From positions 62,001 through 126,000 of the forward strand of contig JAHLWZ010000579.1 in the NCBI GenBank assembly GCA_020536535.1: a stretch of DNA of 64,000 nt, given 5' to 3'. The stretch is from Pelomyxa schiedti. Taxonomy: Eukaryota > Protista > Evosea. Below are positions 40,742 to 53,379 of the stretch, in pieces. Each line of letters begins with the position of its first letter. Positions within the stretch are counted from its first letter, which is position 1. Under the pieces are notes generated by a model that saw nothing but the letters and a program-made list of their open reading frames with translations, was not told where the DNA came from and did not search any database. The position numbers and the translations under genes are program-made.

Positions 40742-42445
40742 TTAGTGTTTGCCAAAGCCAGAATCGACACAGGCCTGGTAGTCATCATAAATGGCTGTAG
40801 TCTTGGAACACAGTGATTCCACCCAGCACTCTGTTCCGCATTCGCATGGCGTGGCATCTGGGTTCCCTTGGTTGAATATCAACCACATTCTCTGGAATTC
40901 TCCGCAGTCACTCTGCACCAGGGAAAGAACGTCGGCCCAGGATGACGGTGAAAGGTCCTTCATCCCGTAGTATTCAAGCGGAGAGTAGAGCTTGTGCCAT
41001 ATGACCTCGCCGGCGTCCTCGGATTCATAAGGGTCGTAATAGAATTGATCCCAATCGAGGATTTCTTTGCTGGTGTCATCATACTTGTATCTACGCACTG
41101 AAGGGAACACGTCCGTGAGAGTAGTCAAAGACGGAGATATGTAAGCCACTTCTTGATCTGTGTCGGTCCTATGTGGGATTCAATTTTATTATCCTGTAAC
41201 CTCATAGGGTATTGTGGCGTACGTGTATACTAGTCGAAGGTCATCTCTGTGAGCATGCCCAGCAAGCCGAGCAACAATAACGTCTGAATATGTGTGGTAG
41301 AGGTTCAACATTCTCACTTCCCAACTTGGAATGGTATCAGGTAACTTGGAGTCCCACACTATTCCTGGATGATGGTGACCAAAGAGAATGACCTTTGGGT
41401 GAGGTGAGCGCCAGAATAAACTTATGAAGAGGGAATTAAGGCACCTTCTCTCCGTCAACTCTGGCTTGAGTAAGAGTATCATCTAACCACTGCCACTGGC
41501 CAGCAGGATCCCAATTTTCATCTGTTCTGTTTGCGTACCTACGACTGTCAGGGGAAGAAAATAATAAAACAAGCACATACTCATCCCACCAATCAAACCA
41601 GTTTGTGTTCATTGTAACCTAGACGCAATATAACTTAGTTTAGAAATGTATGTAATTCGGTGGAAGTGCATACCAAACGAAGGCCTGGTTCCACAAGAAC
41701 TGTATAGTAAGCTCCTTTCCTAACTGTCACCAAGGCATCATCAGGAAGCCAGTACCGCCACCTGTTTTTGGGTTGATTAGAAAATTAGCTCGAGAACAAT
41801 GTTACGGACAAGGCTGTAATGTTGGAGAGCATCCAATCGCAATCAGGGGGAGGTGCCCACATTGTCAGTGGGTGGTAATCATGGTTTCCAACACAAGGGA
41901 AAACCCTGTTTTTTTGTTTTTTGGTTTTTAAAATTACAAAATTTTAATTTTTAAAAACCGCTACAGTAGAGAGTGTGCGCTAGAAAGAGGGGGGGGGAAA
42001 AAAAAAAAAACCTCCTATCAGGCATAGCCTGCTGAAACGTAATAACAGCTTCCTCAATAGTCTCGAGGGTCCTTAGGACCGTCTGCTTCGCAATCTGCGA
42101 GCCCGTGGAGTCCATCGTCCACAAGATGAAGGAGTCGTCGCTGCCGTCGCCGGCGACGAACGACAGGGCCTCCTCCCAGGCGGCCAGCGGCAGGTGGCAC
42201 TTGAAGGCGCCCCAGCGCCCCGCCGTCACGTTCTCGTAGCCGTCGCTCGGGATGCTGTGCTGCTGGCAGCACTGCAGCTGCTTGCACACGGCCGCCGACC
42301 CGGCGACGTAGTCGGGGTCCAGGTGGGTGTCCGAGAACTGCCAGAACTGCGCGCCCGCCGCAAGGCGCAATAATGGGAGGAGGACGAAGGAGAGGAGGAG
42401 GGCCACCGGCGAAGATGGTGGCGACGAGGGGTGACGACCCGGCAT
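40742..42445 (-). CDS. Secreted acid sphingomyelinase-like (SMPDL3-type) metallophosphoesterase
   Basis: Signal peptide, FWQFSDTHLDPDY, WTMDS, GNHD, FGHHHPG, AGHAHRDD, SPSLT, Cys-rich C-terminal domain. Confidence 0.92.
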
Positions 42446-42666
42446 GGGCGTGGTTGTTGGTGTGAAAAACGCGGTGATCTTTGTTGTTAATTTGTTTGTT
42501 TGATATTTGGGGAAAATCGTTCAATCTTGTGTGATTTTCGGTGAGAAAAAACGCCGAAACTAGAAGAGAAGTTTCGTGGATGAGAGGCACTAATGAGTAC
42601 AACAACCAGACACTTTGTGCTTACTTGTTTGGATGATTGAATTTTTTTAAAATTACACTCTATTGC

Positions 42667-45020
42667 TTATCTGCCGCTTTGGTGAAGAACATGACACAGT
42701 GTGCAAGTCAGGAACATTACACAGAACACCACAATGACAAGTACAACAAGCATGATAACTGCAAGTGCGGAGGGAGTGAGATTGGTGAAAGGTAAATAAA
42801 TAGGGAGTGCCTTTTTGGCGGAATGAGAGTCGAGGTTGCATTCTGTGAACTTGCTTGGCCATTTCTACTGTTGCCCCAAGAGTCTCCATGAGCAAGGCAT
42901 CCTTGTCAACAAACATTAGTTTGGATACTTGTTGCCCATTCCTGTACTACAAGTTATTTGGTTATTCCTGTTCTTGGAGCAAACCTCAATTTTAAATCAA
43001 AAGGAGACTCAACAACGGCATTAGGGAAGATTTCCTTGACTTCTTGGGCTATAACACCATGCCTTGTTTGCTTGGTCCCGTCCACTTCTTCCTTTTAGGG
43101 TATTAATGTTAGCAAACAAAAGAGAGCCAGATACAATTGTATCGGCCAACCTTCATATTGTATTCATAGAGTTTGACTTGCGATAGCTTTTCTAATTGGC
43201 CAGATGTATCTAGAAGTTTTACATTCTCTTTTATTCTCACATCTTTTTTTTTGGTTTAAAAGGGATAAGTGGGTGTTGTGAAACAAAACCTGAAGTCTGG
43301 TGCACAGTCCCAGTAAGGGCAATGTTACCCATCACCGTGAGGGCTTCGGATGGGTGCTTGGTATTGATGCCAACTTTTCCAACAAAATTTGTGGTTTTGG
43401 GGGCACTCAGATCTATCCAGTATTACTCTCAAATTGTGAGATTTCGTACTCAACCTGTCTCCTCTGCACATAATTTAAGTGGAACGGACTTCACTGTGTC
43501 ACTTGACTCCTGAAGGGTTTGTCAGCATAAATTATTAATTAAAACCAAAGGACCTTCAGTTTCGGAGAGTACTTCCCTGGGTGATTGCCTCTAACAATGA
43601 GGGAATCAGAAATCTTAGATAAAAGAGCGACGGTGGATGCTTTGGTGTGCACTGTGAGTGTTATGATAAGCTGGAAGTATTCTTGCTGAGGAGAAATTAG
43701 GGAAAAAATAGGAGTAGTCATTCCACCTTTTTGTTATCCGAGTTATGTGAGGTAGCTTTAGCGAAGTATAGCTTGGGCAAGATGCACTTATAAAATTGTT
43801 AATGTTAGACATGTAGGCACTTCAAAGTTACCCTCTGCCCTTGAACACAAGAGAATACACAAGGCGACTTTTGTTGTCTGTCCCTTGTGACAGTAGAGTA
43901 GTGTAGTTCCACCTGCAATTTCCTTACTCAATTCAAATCGGCAGTTCGTTTATACCTTCTTGAGTGGGGAAGAGTCGGCAACAACAGCTGTTACACAGTA
44001 CGATAAAGATTCTATCTGTTCTAATTTGTCATTGTTCAAAATGTACCTAGATAGGACTAATGTTTTGAAAACAGTCAGAAAACGAAAACTAACTGTGCTA
44101 CAGAGTTTCTATCCTCCAAAATAAATGTACAGCTAAGTTTAAGTTGATTTCGTCTGTAGTGAATGAACGAGTTCATTTCTGAACTGAAGTGGTACCCCTC
44201 AGATTCAATTATAATGTCATAGCTCCTAAGTGAAATGAACTGCGTAAAGGAGTTGATAGAAGTACGTTGGTTTACAAAGTGAGTCATATAATACAAAAGT
44301 TGAAGGTGCCAAAAGTGTCCATGATAGAGAATTTGGTGAGTTGGGTGTTCTGACTTCTTCAGCTGATCTTTTTTTCCCTGCGAGGGTGGGGGATCTTACA
44401 ATGCTGGGAGGGGTACAATTTTGAGGCGAGTCTGTTGGTACTGGAACTGAAATTGATGTAGTGAAGGTAGGGATCTTTTTCGTTTTAATTCCAAATATAG
44501 ATTGTGTTGCAGTGAGTCCCAACCTGGTTTTGACCTGTGCCTTCAACTACTATGATTAGTTTTTCCCTCCAAGAGTGGGTCCATACCATAGGTGAGTTCG
44601 TCTCCAGGTGAGACAAGTGGTGCATACATAGGCCAATTTGCAGCCCCAAGCAAGTGATTGGCGAAGGAGTTGCTTGACGTTTGCGGTTCGCAGCACGTGA
44701 TAGGTGTTTGATGCAACTGAGTTAAAAATTGCGTTGGGGCCCGCTCGCCCTGTTGTGACAGGCACGCATTAATGGCGTTCTGTTGAGTCTCACCACCAAA
44801 CGCGAAACCATAGAGCTGAGTTATGGCCTCCGAGTCGCTAAGATACGTTCCTGTCGTAGACACGGGTGCACCCTCCCTGAAGCAAAGTTGGTTTTTTTTC
44901 TTTTATGGTTTTGTGACAATGAAACTGGTAGGACGTGTGATCCGGGGATTGGTGTCATACGTACGTGTCACCGAGAATTAACGTCTCTCCCACAACGCCG
45001 CCGCGGTCAGACGCTGTCAT
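42667..45020 (-). CDS. MYRF: MYRF/MrfA-like membrane-tethered transcription factor: NDT80 DNA-binding domain + intramolecular chaperone autocleavage (peptidase S74) domain + coiled coil + TM
   Basis: EYFQLIITLTVHT..DSLIVRGNHPGKY (NDT80); GKVGINTKHPSEALTVMGNI..TS|DVRIKEN (Ser-Lys dyad); GVIAQEVKEIFPNAV; VDKDALLMETLGATVEMAK; TM VIMLVVLVIVVFCVMFL. Confidence 0.9.
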
Positions 45021-45301
45021 TTTTGTCACAGTGATGTTATGTTGGAGATTTGCTCTTTTTGTGAGAGAAATCCCTTACTCTAACAGCTTTTACTTGCTGT
45101 GGAAAGTCGGCGAAATGTTAAGTACATATCCTCATGGCCTTATCTGGCTTGCCCCACTCTTCATCTCGTGGGCACGCCATAGAGAACAATGCGTGAGAGT
45201 GTTAGAGTGATGTGAGGCCCCAGGTGGAACGAACAAGTTTCAATGGACACTCTCACATTCGTTTGGTTTCTTGGCGGGGGTAACAGATTTTCGAGTTGGT
45301 G

Positions 45302-46504
45302 ATGCGTGCTGTTGAGCGGTTGTTGGTAGTTGTTGGAGTTGTAATTGGGTCGGGTGTCATTGTGGGAGGAGATGTTGTCGGGATGGTGGTTATTCCCCAT
45401 GGAGGGATAGCCATTGACCCAACGCAGTTCGATGGAAACGAGACTCAGATGGAACTGGCTTGGGAGATAAATTCTGCTTGCACCGATGTGGGACAGTCAG
45501 TAGTATTCTGAACCTGGAATCCTTAATTTTTTTTATTTTTTTTGGATTGTTTCTTCTTTGGGGGATACTTAAATCTTTGAGTAGGAACGTGCACTAATAC
45601 CAAGTATGATTCTAACGGGATGTGGTATTGCAGGATGATTTTGTCTATGAAACCTGATGTTATTGTGCTGGACACACCTCATGGAGTGGCAAATGACAAT
45701 AACTTTGCGTTTTACCTCAATTCTCATGGCTACGGATCGGCTGCCACCGAGGGTGGATATGCGGAGTACTGCATGTCAGTACCCCTTGATTCGACAACTG
45801 CTCAACAGCTCTTGGACTCCCTTTATTCATTGGTATCCAAAGGGGAACCTTCTAACTGATTTGTTATACATACTGCCAGAAATTGAATGTCTCTGGGATG
45901 ACTGCTTTTGGGTCTGATTCCAGTTTTCCTTTACATGCCGGGGAGATTATACCACTTTGGTTTGAGCGCGTTGAGGTGATTGATGCCAGCGCCGGCCTAC
46001 CGACCACACCTTGTGGCGTTGTTGTTATTTCACAACCAACGAGGAGGCTAACAGACCCTGTGGGAATGATACCTGAGCTGCTTACCCTTGGAAATTCATT
46101 GTACGATTCTCTCAGGGCATCTCCCTTGCGCGTAGTAGTGATCATAAGTGGTACTTATACCCACTTCCAACCTAACACCCACATAGTAACCGGAACCCAA
46201 AACACAAAAAGGGGACCTTGCCCATACACATGACGCAACTGGACCCTATGGATACAGCCCCACTGCAGAGCCATTTGATGAGGCCTGTGGGCAATGGGTT
46301 GAAAAGCAAGACCGAGACCAATTGTTGGATGTTGCTGCAGGACTGGTAGAGGAAGCCCTGTGCTGTGGGTTCACTGGATTCTGTATCCTGCAAGGTATGC
46401 TGGACAAGTCACTGTCCCTTGGGGAACAGTGGGATTCACACCTGTTCGCTAATGGAGCACCTTCATACTATGGAATGATGGTGGGATCCTTTGTCAAGGT
46501 CTGA
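45302..46504 (+). CDS. LigB/Memo-like (class III extradiol dioxygenase fold) protein with N-terminal signal peptide
   Basis: VVIPHG, KPDVIVLDTPHG, GEIIPLWF, VVVIISGDLAHTH..GPYGY..AEPFD, CGFTG, PSYYGMMV. Confidence 0.8.
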
Positions 46505-46881
46505 TGTGTGCCCTCAACCCAATTGCAACCTTGTCCAGGAACAAAAATTTGAATCAAAGTTAAACAGTCCGGAAAACAAAAATTGAAAGGCCGACAAGCG
46601 GAGATGTTTTGTGGTAGTTAACCAGAGAAAACCCAATGGACACTGCTCTTATGGGCTGCGAATCATGAGGCATCTTCACCAAACGAACGTTCACGATGGA
46701 AAGGGCCAAAATTGCGTATGACTAATTGTTTGTTGCATTTTTTTACCCCAAATCCATTCCCCTGCATTGCTTGCATTTCTATGCGTTTTTCCGTCAGTGC
46801 ACTTAACAGAGACACTACGGTCCCTAGTCCGATCTCGCACCCTGTTTATCTTTTCTCACTGATACGTAGAGTCAAGCCTGC

Positions 46882-48529
46882 ATGTCGAAACCGGTACACA
46901 GCGATAGGAGCGACCGCAACGAATCTGACGATGTGTCATTGAGAGATGCCGAAGCGGAAGACAACGTCGCGGACGAGAAAGAAAACAAGGGCACCGAGGA
47001 AAGTAACAGCGATGTCGATGTAGATGGAGATGAGAATGATGAAAACGGGGACGAAGAAGAGGAGGAGGATGAAGATGAGAGCGAGAAAAAGAGCAAGAAT
47101 AAAAATAAGAATGGGGGCGAGGGCGAAGAGAAAGGAATTGATGAAGATTCTTGTAGTAAGAGATACGCTGCCCGACGCAGAAACACTCCCCGTGAACAAT
47201 GGAAGAGAGAGGAGGAAGAGATGAGGGAGAGCGTGCTCTTTTCGTATGTGTTGCTGCTTCATTTGGCTCTTTGTCTTCACTAACAGTGATTACTGCAGAT
47301 ACAGGCCGCGGCCACGACCTCAGTGCGAAACCCTCTTGTCGGCTCAAGACCAGTTTCTTGCCTTTCTCATGGCGTCACACAAGAGATGCGGAGTTGGGAG
47401 CCCTGCCCACGTTATGTGTGCGAACACCACTTTGCTGAAAGACCTCTGTGACATCTGGGTGAACAACAGAGGCACTCGCTTACAGAAGTTCGCAATTATA
47501 GTGTCGCCGCAACAGTCTATTGGCGTTCCACTGGGTGCCTTTGCCCATTGGTTCTTTGAATGTCAAATATCTCGTGCCCTGGGTGGAATCACTTTGAAAG
47601 AGCAGTTTTGGTTGAAATTGTGCCGAGCAAGAAAAACAAGGGACTTCATTGATACAACCACACACAAAGATGGGACCACAAGCATCTATTTTGAACCTGA
47701 GCCTTATGGTAACTATGGCGCACACTACAGGCTACTCATGACACACGTTAGAGCCGATTTCATGAATGATGTATTTTACAAATGGACCACAAACTGGAAG
47801 TGGTGGGTAAACAACGTCAGCAAGGACAACTGTGCCACTGTGGCAATTGAGAACCTTTTTGACCTGGAACCAGAGAAGAATCGCAGAGTCGTGACACTCC
47901 CAATCAAAGGATCCATCATTGACGTCAGATTCAACCACGCCAACGTTGACGAGGCTTATGTTATTTTCAACAACCCATCTGACAGTAAAGGAGACACTGG
48001 TCCTGAAAGTGGGCTCACAACTACCACATTTGCTGTCATTGACTTGGCGAAAATACATCAAACGGGAGAGCTTGTATTGTTGAGTGAAACAAGGTGTTCC
48101 TTTCCTGGGAAATACAAGGACTCCCTCATTTTCAGGCAACAAACAGGTGCCGGTACTTACATTGTGCAATCCAGGGAGGAGGAGAAGCAATATGATACTA
48201 TATTTGTTGTGGACGGAACAACCGGGGAACTGCAGAACCTCACATGCGGAACAAGTCTCGACGCGGTGACCAATACCGTTTTTCAAGTGGGGATGCAAAG
48301 CTTCTTCACGCTCAACCGGAACCAAGTCCCAGTTGATTTGTGGAATGTTGAGGCAGAAGGAGCCATCACACCCTTGCGCTACGTTGAGCTCATGAATCCT
48401 GGGGATGAGGAGGAGGTAGGTGGCTTGGCTGTCAGCTGCGACAGAACCTACACCATTCAAGTTGCTGTCAAGCAAAAAGGAGCCCCAACCCGTGTACTTG
48501 CTCGCTTTCCATTGACTAAGCTCTCCTGA
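46882..48529 (+). CDS. Uncharacterised protein: acidic N-terminus, 'HxRCG' module, beta-rich (propeller-like) C-terminus
   Basis: ORF 46882.. joins ORF ..48529 through a phase-2 intron (gtatgt...ctaacag, ~47244-47287); contains SAQDQFLAFLMASHKRCGVGSPA. Confidence 0.75.
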
Positions 48530-48752
48530 AGGTATCCCAGAGCACTCTCCACAATACGTATGTTATATTAACGGGATATCAGGCAAACAAAAAGGGCATC
48601 TACGTTTCAGCAAGTCTAGCCTTTATCTGAACCCCCCCCCCCCCGCACAGTGAGCGTAAAGGGGAAAAAATAAACCTTTGTTGCTTTTTTCCAGATCCGA
48701 ATTTTGCTTTTTTAAAGGGAAACAAAAAACCTATTCAACTCGGAAGCGGTGG

Positions 48753-51088
48753 ATGATGGCGTCGCTAACGAAACACGTACGAAAAGAAGCATAGAATTTA
48801 AAATTAAGCACGAGCACAAATGAACCGTTTGTTTCTCTTTTTCTTTTTAATTTTGTATGGTAGTTGCATAGATCGCACACTCCGGAACAACAACAAGCTA
48901 TTATTGCTGGGCCTCCTGAAATTAGGCGCGAGGATATTATTTTCAACCCTGCAACTGACAAACTTGGGGGAGGTGCATATGGCGATGTCTATAAAGGTCT
49001 GTACAATATACGGCATATATAAAACCTGATTCTTTTGTAGCAATTGTTGCTGGCATCCCTGTAGCTGTAAAAGTGCCAAAGAAGCAACTGTGGAGCACCC
49101 CAGCGGAGTTGGCTGCCTTTAGAGAGGAAGTCAGAATGCTCAAGTTGGACCAATTCTTTTTTTTTTTTTTAATCTAATTCACCACAGGAGTATCTTCCAT
49201 ACCAACGTTGTACTTTACATGGGTATGATAATCATGGTCCCTCCTGCTTTTCATTGATATCTAGGTGCGTGCACGATGGAGAATAACGTAATGATTGTCC
49301 TCGAGAAGATGCTTTGTGATGCGGAAAAAATTCTTCACAATCCTGCACATGTGCCTGTAGAATTGCAGAAGTATGTACAAGGCGGGCTTTCTCTTCCAAA
49401 CAAGCTCAAAATGGCTCATGACACTGTAAGTTTGATTTTGTTTTCAACGTTCTCACATGTACCAACACTTAGGCTCTTGGTATTGCATGGTTGCACAATA
49501 TTGCGCATGTTGTTCACAGGTAAATCCCTTCAACAAGAGTTCTGATTTATGTTCTTTTTCAGAGATCTTAAACCTGCCAATTTACTACTTGATGCTTACT
49601 TTAATGTGAAAGTATGTAATATTCTTGTGAGTTACTTTTCACTTCCTTTTTCTACCTTTAGGTGTCTGATTTCGGTTTCAGTCAGTTCTTCCAACCAGGG
49701 AAAAACAGCATTTCCACCAAAGAACCTGTAAAAGGAACAAGTTGTCTAGCGTTGCTCTTTATCTTAGCATTTAATACCTTTTTTTAGAGCTCTACTTAGC
49801 TCCAGAGGTATGGCATTCTACACCTGCTTCTACTGCATCCGACGTGTATTCTCTACTCCTTTTAGATAGAACACTCATAAGTATAGGTATGCATTTGGTC
49901 TGATGTTATGGGAAATGTATACCGAGGAGGAGCTGTTCAGTTCCTATTCCGAAGTTGAACCGTTCTACAATGACATTATCGTTAATGGGCTACGCCCCAC
50001 AATCCCGCCCACTGTGCCTCACCCCCATGCCACTAATCCACCACCTCCTGTCCCCACTTTGCCGTCATTGGTAAACTACTATCCAGAGATTCCCTCTTGA
50101 CCTTACTTAGGTGACTTTAATTACATCCTGTTGGGATGCTAATCCAGCCAAGGTCATTCCCTTTTTTTCATTTTACATCTAAATTCTACTTTCAGAGGCC
50201 CAATATCTCGCAAGTCCTCGAGCAGTTGGAGACAGTTATGATAGAAAGTGAAATAACCTCACCACTTGCCCGTGCCTTCTGGAAAAAGCACTTTGGCTCA
50301 CTTAGTGGGGCTACGACTGGTCTTCAAGTGATGGTTCCTTGGGACCGTTTTGCCGCCGTTGTAGCAGCCGAGTCTCATGTACCAGTTTCCAGTTTCAGGG
50401 ATATGTCCCAGATAGCATGTGGTATGAATGTGAGAGCTCTTTTTTTTCGTCTTATTCACCATTGCACAGCTACAGAAGATACTGCTGCCGTCACCATGTC
50501 GCGATTTGATCTGCTGGAGAAGTGGTTTGGACCTTTTTGGCTTCCGGCAAACGTACACCTTCTGCAAGAGGTATGCCCCCAACATTACTACAAAACCCTC
50601 CTAATGAACGGCAGATGAATACGCTGGCAAATCAATCGTACTCACGTGCCTGTGGCTTTTTCTTCTCTTTCTAACCAGTCTTCAGGTGGTTTGCACCATT
50701 CGCTTGCAAGGAGGATTCTGATGCGTGGTTGACTTCACGTGCACATGGAACCTTCATTGTACGGCTGAGTACCAATGCACCAACAAGCTACCCTGTCACA
50801 ATCTCCAGGCGCCAAGGCACTGAAACATTCCACAGAAGGTTTGTTCGTTTACAAACCACCTCCTTACTCATCTTCATTCTCAAACAAACAAACAAACAAA
50901 ATAGAGTGAAGCGAATCAGCTATGACAATGTTCCACAGAGGTACTCATATGACACAGAGCTATCCCCAACACCACTGGCATATGCCACACTCCCACAATT
51001 GGTTGCGGAGCTACAGCGCCTTGGTGAGGTCACAATCCATTGCCCTCAGTGTGCTGTTGGTGGGGGTTACCAGCACTCCCGTTCCTAA
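48753..51088 (+). CDS. Shk-type TKL protein kinase with C-terminal SH2 domain
   Basis: GPPEIRREDI..LGGGAYGDVYK, VAVK, HTNVVLYMGAC, HRDLKPANLL, VSDFG, LAPE, DVY..AFG; ARAFWKKHF linker; SH2 WF..GTFIVRLS. This is the Dictyostelium ShkA-E architecture. Confidence 0.9.
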
Positions 51089-51180
51089 GTCCCTCGCCTC
51101 AGTCTTGTTTGTGTTTTGTCAAGAGATTTATCAATTCTTTCAAATTTATTGTTCGTTGAATTTGCCCAATTTTGATGATC

Positions 51181-53087
51181 ATGGGAGATTACGCCGACTA
51201 CGTGGACACCTTGTTGGCGCGAGTTGAGGATGTTTTTTCGTTGTTGAGTGACAGGAGGTGTTCATCCTTTTCTTTTACATGTGCTTTTTTTTTCGGCTCC
51301 GTTTATGTGAGTGGTTGCATTGTACATTAGGCCAAGTCCCACAATAATGTTTTAGGGAAACACTTGCTGTGATAAAGGAGACCACTGCAGATAACTTCTG
51401 GGGTGTGGACATCAGCACATCGTCGGCTTTTTTTGTCAGTATTTGTGAGGCACTACTTGAAGTGGCGTTCCCACAAATTCAGCAACAACAGCCGATACAG
51501 TCGGCATCAGCTGCCAAACCAAAATCAAAGGGGGGTCGTTCTGCTGCAGTTGCATGTGTGCCATTTTTCACCAGGGCGAGGCAGGCACTCGAATCTGTAC
51601 AGTACAACGATCTGGCCAATTTGTTGAGGCAGTGGGAGAATCAGCCAATTCAGCCCACGCCGGACGAGTCCAGAGCCCGGCTGAGCCTGCTAGGTATTAT
51701 GACGTCACGTCCATCCCGTTTTGGGATTTTCCACTGGGTTTTCTCACTCGACTCATGGAAATTGGAATTTAGAATTTTTGGTGTCTGAGGCACAGGCAGA
51801 GATGCTCCTGCGATCAGAAAAACCAGTCAGTACTCAACAGGTTTGTTGTGTCATATCATATCATACCATACCCCCAGCCCCCTTCTCTTTCCCCCCACAC
51901 CGCACACCTCAGTTTCCGACAATGGAGTGGTTGTTCAGGATCCCCTGAGTGATTGTAAGAGTAGAATAGCCAATTCAATTCAGCTATCTCACACTGCATC
52001 GACTCCATTATTTGAAGTTCTAAGTGCAGCAAATGCAACGGTAGGAACCTTTTTTTTTGTTTGAAAAAAATAAGAAATAACGAGGATTAGGTCTCCGAAG
52101 TACTGAAGAGATATCCCCAGTATCTAGGACCATGTTTGATTAACCCAACCTCATATTCACAGATGGAACAGGTATGGTTTGTTGGGAATCCTTCATACCC
52201 CAACTGAACAACAGGATAAAATTACTGTTGTAGCCAAAGCTATGAGTGATGACTACCATCTACGCAGCGAAGGTATCTATCTACTTTCCTTTCAAACTCT
52301 TAGATGAAACAGTGCTCCTAAAAAGATGTGAAGTTACTCTACAAAGTTTTCTGTGGTCTCCAAAGGGAAAGGTTCACTCGACTCTAATCGATTTTATCTC
52401 ACTTCGGCATAGGAAAATGAAGTTCAAATTACCGCTCTTGTTCAGAAATTACACTCTATAAAACATCCTACAAATACTTCATTCGCTGATGTATTGTGTG
52501 CCCATGCCTATTTGACCTCCCTTCCCAAAGTGGGAGCAAATAAGGATCTACACAAAAAGTCCATTCTCAGAAATCTTATCATTGGAGAGGTACTTCTAGT
52601 GTATACCTTGTCTCTCTGTTCAACTAGAAGTTAGGTACCCGACCGAGGTGGTAGACCACAGGAAACTCAACCTGACCTGCGGGATATTTTTCCCTACTCC
52701 AGTGGAGGAGCCAGAACTTCTGCCGTGCGATCAGGGAGGCCCCTGCACCAACAACAAACACAACCACCCCAGTACATACCACCCCCACAGCAACAACATC
52801 AACAGCATCAGGTACCGCCCCCTCAAATGTACCAATCTCAACCCCAACCTCAACCACAATCCCACAACCATCAGCCCACCATTATCATCACCAAGACCAC
52901 ACAGGGAGGTGGTGCCCCCACGATCAGCCGAGTGCAAGGAGGGTGGAAAACTGGAGGAGGGGGTGGGAGTGCAACAAACACAACCACCGCGTACCAACCA
53001 AATACCAATCCAGGATGGGGCTATGGTGGCGGCGGCTCAGCCAACTATGGCAGAGGAAGAGGTAGAGGAAGGGGCAGGGGCTGGTGA
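51181..53087 (+). CDS. FAM98: FAM98 family protein (tRNA-ligase complex subunit) with Q/P-rich and RGG tail
   Basis: DYHLRSEVLLKRCEVTLQSFLWS and IIGE|VPDRGGRP signatures; C-terminal GRGRGRGRGRGW. Confidence 0.88.
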
Positions 53088-53379
53088 TTACTGGTTGAAT
53101 AAGCGGGAAGAAACAAGTTCTTCTTGCGTCATTTTAGGTTCCATTCTCGATATCCATTCTGTTATCCAGAGCACACCACCCAAGGAAGCCAAAAAAAAAA
53201 AAGAAGTCTTCTTTGCTCCCATCAGAATTTCTATTTTTCTATTCATGCCGAGAACCACCAACCAACGCAAATTGCCTGCTCGGCAAGTTGCGCTTCCCGA
53301 ACCCTGCTCATAACGGTTCAGCCGTCAACCACTGACATCTCATAAACAAAACCAAAAAAATCCCCACGCGCAAGCAACC

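Noticed and set aside
43000-43400. Phage tailspike chaperone-like sequence as a prophage or viral remnant
   Set aside because: It is the intron-containing ICA domain integral to MYRF/MrfA.
31250-45020. Run of six co-oriented minus-strand genes as an operon or functional cluster
   Set aside because: Functions are unrelated and each gene is intron-rich with its own AT-rich spacer; consistent with a compact eukaryotic genome.
47732-48475. Long antisense ORFs (also 53603-54262 and 19841-20556)
   Set aside because: Antisense shadows of stop-poor, GC-rich coding exons; no motifs.
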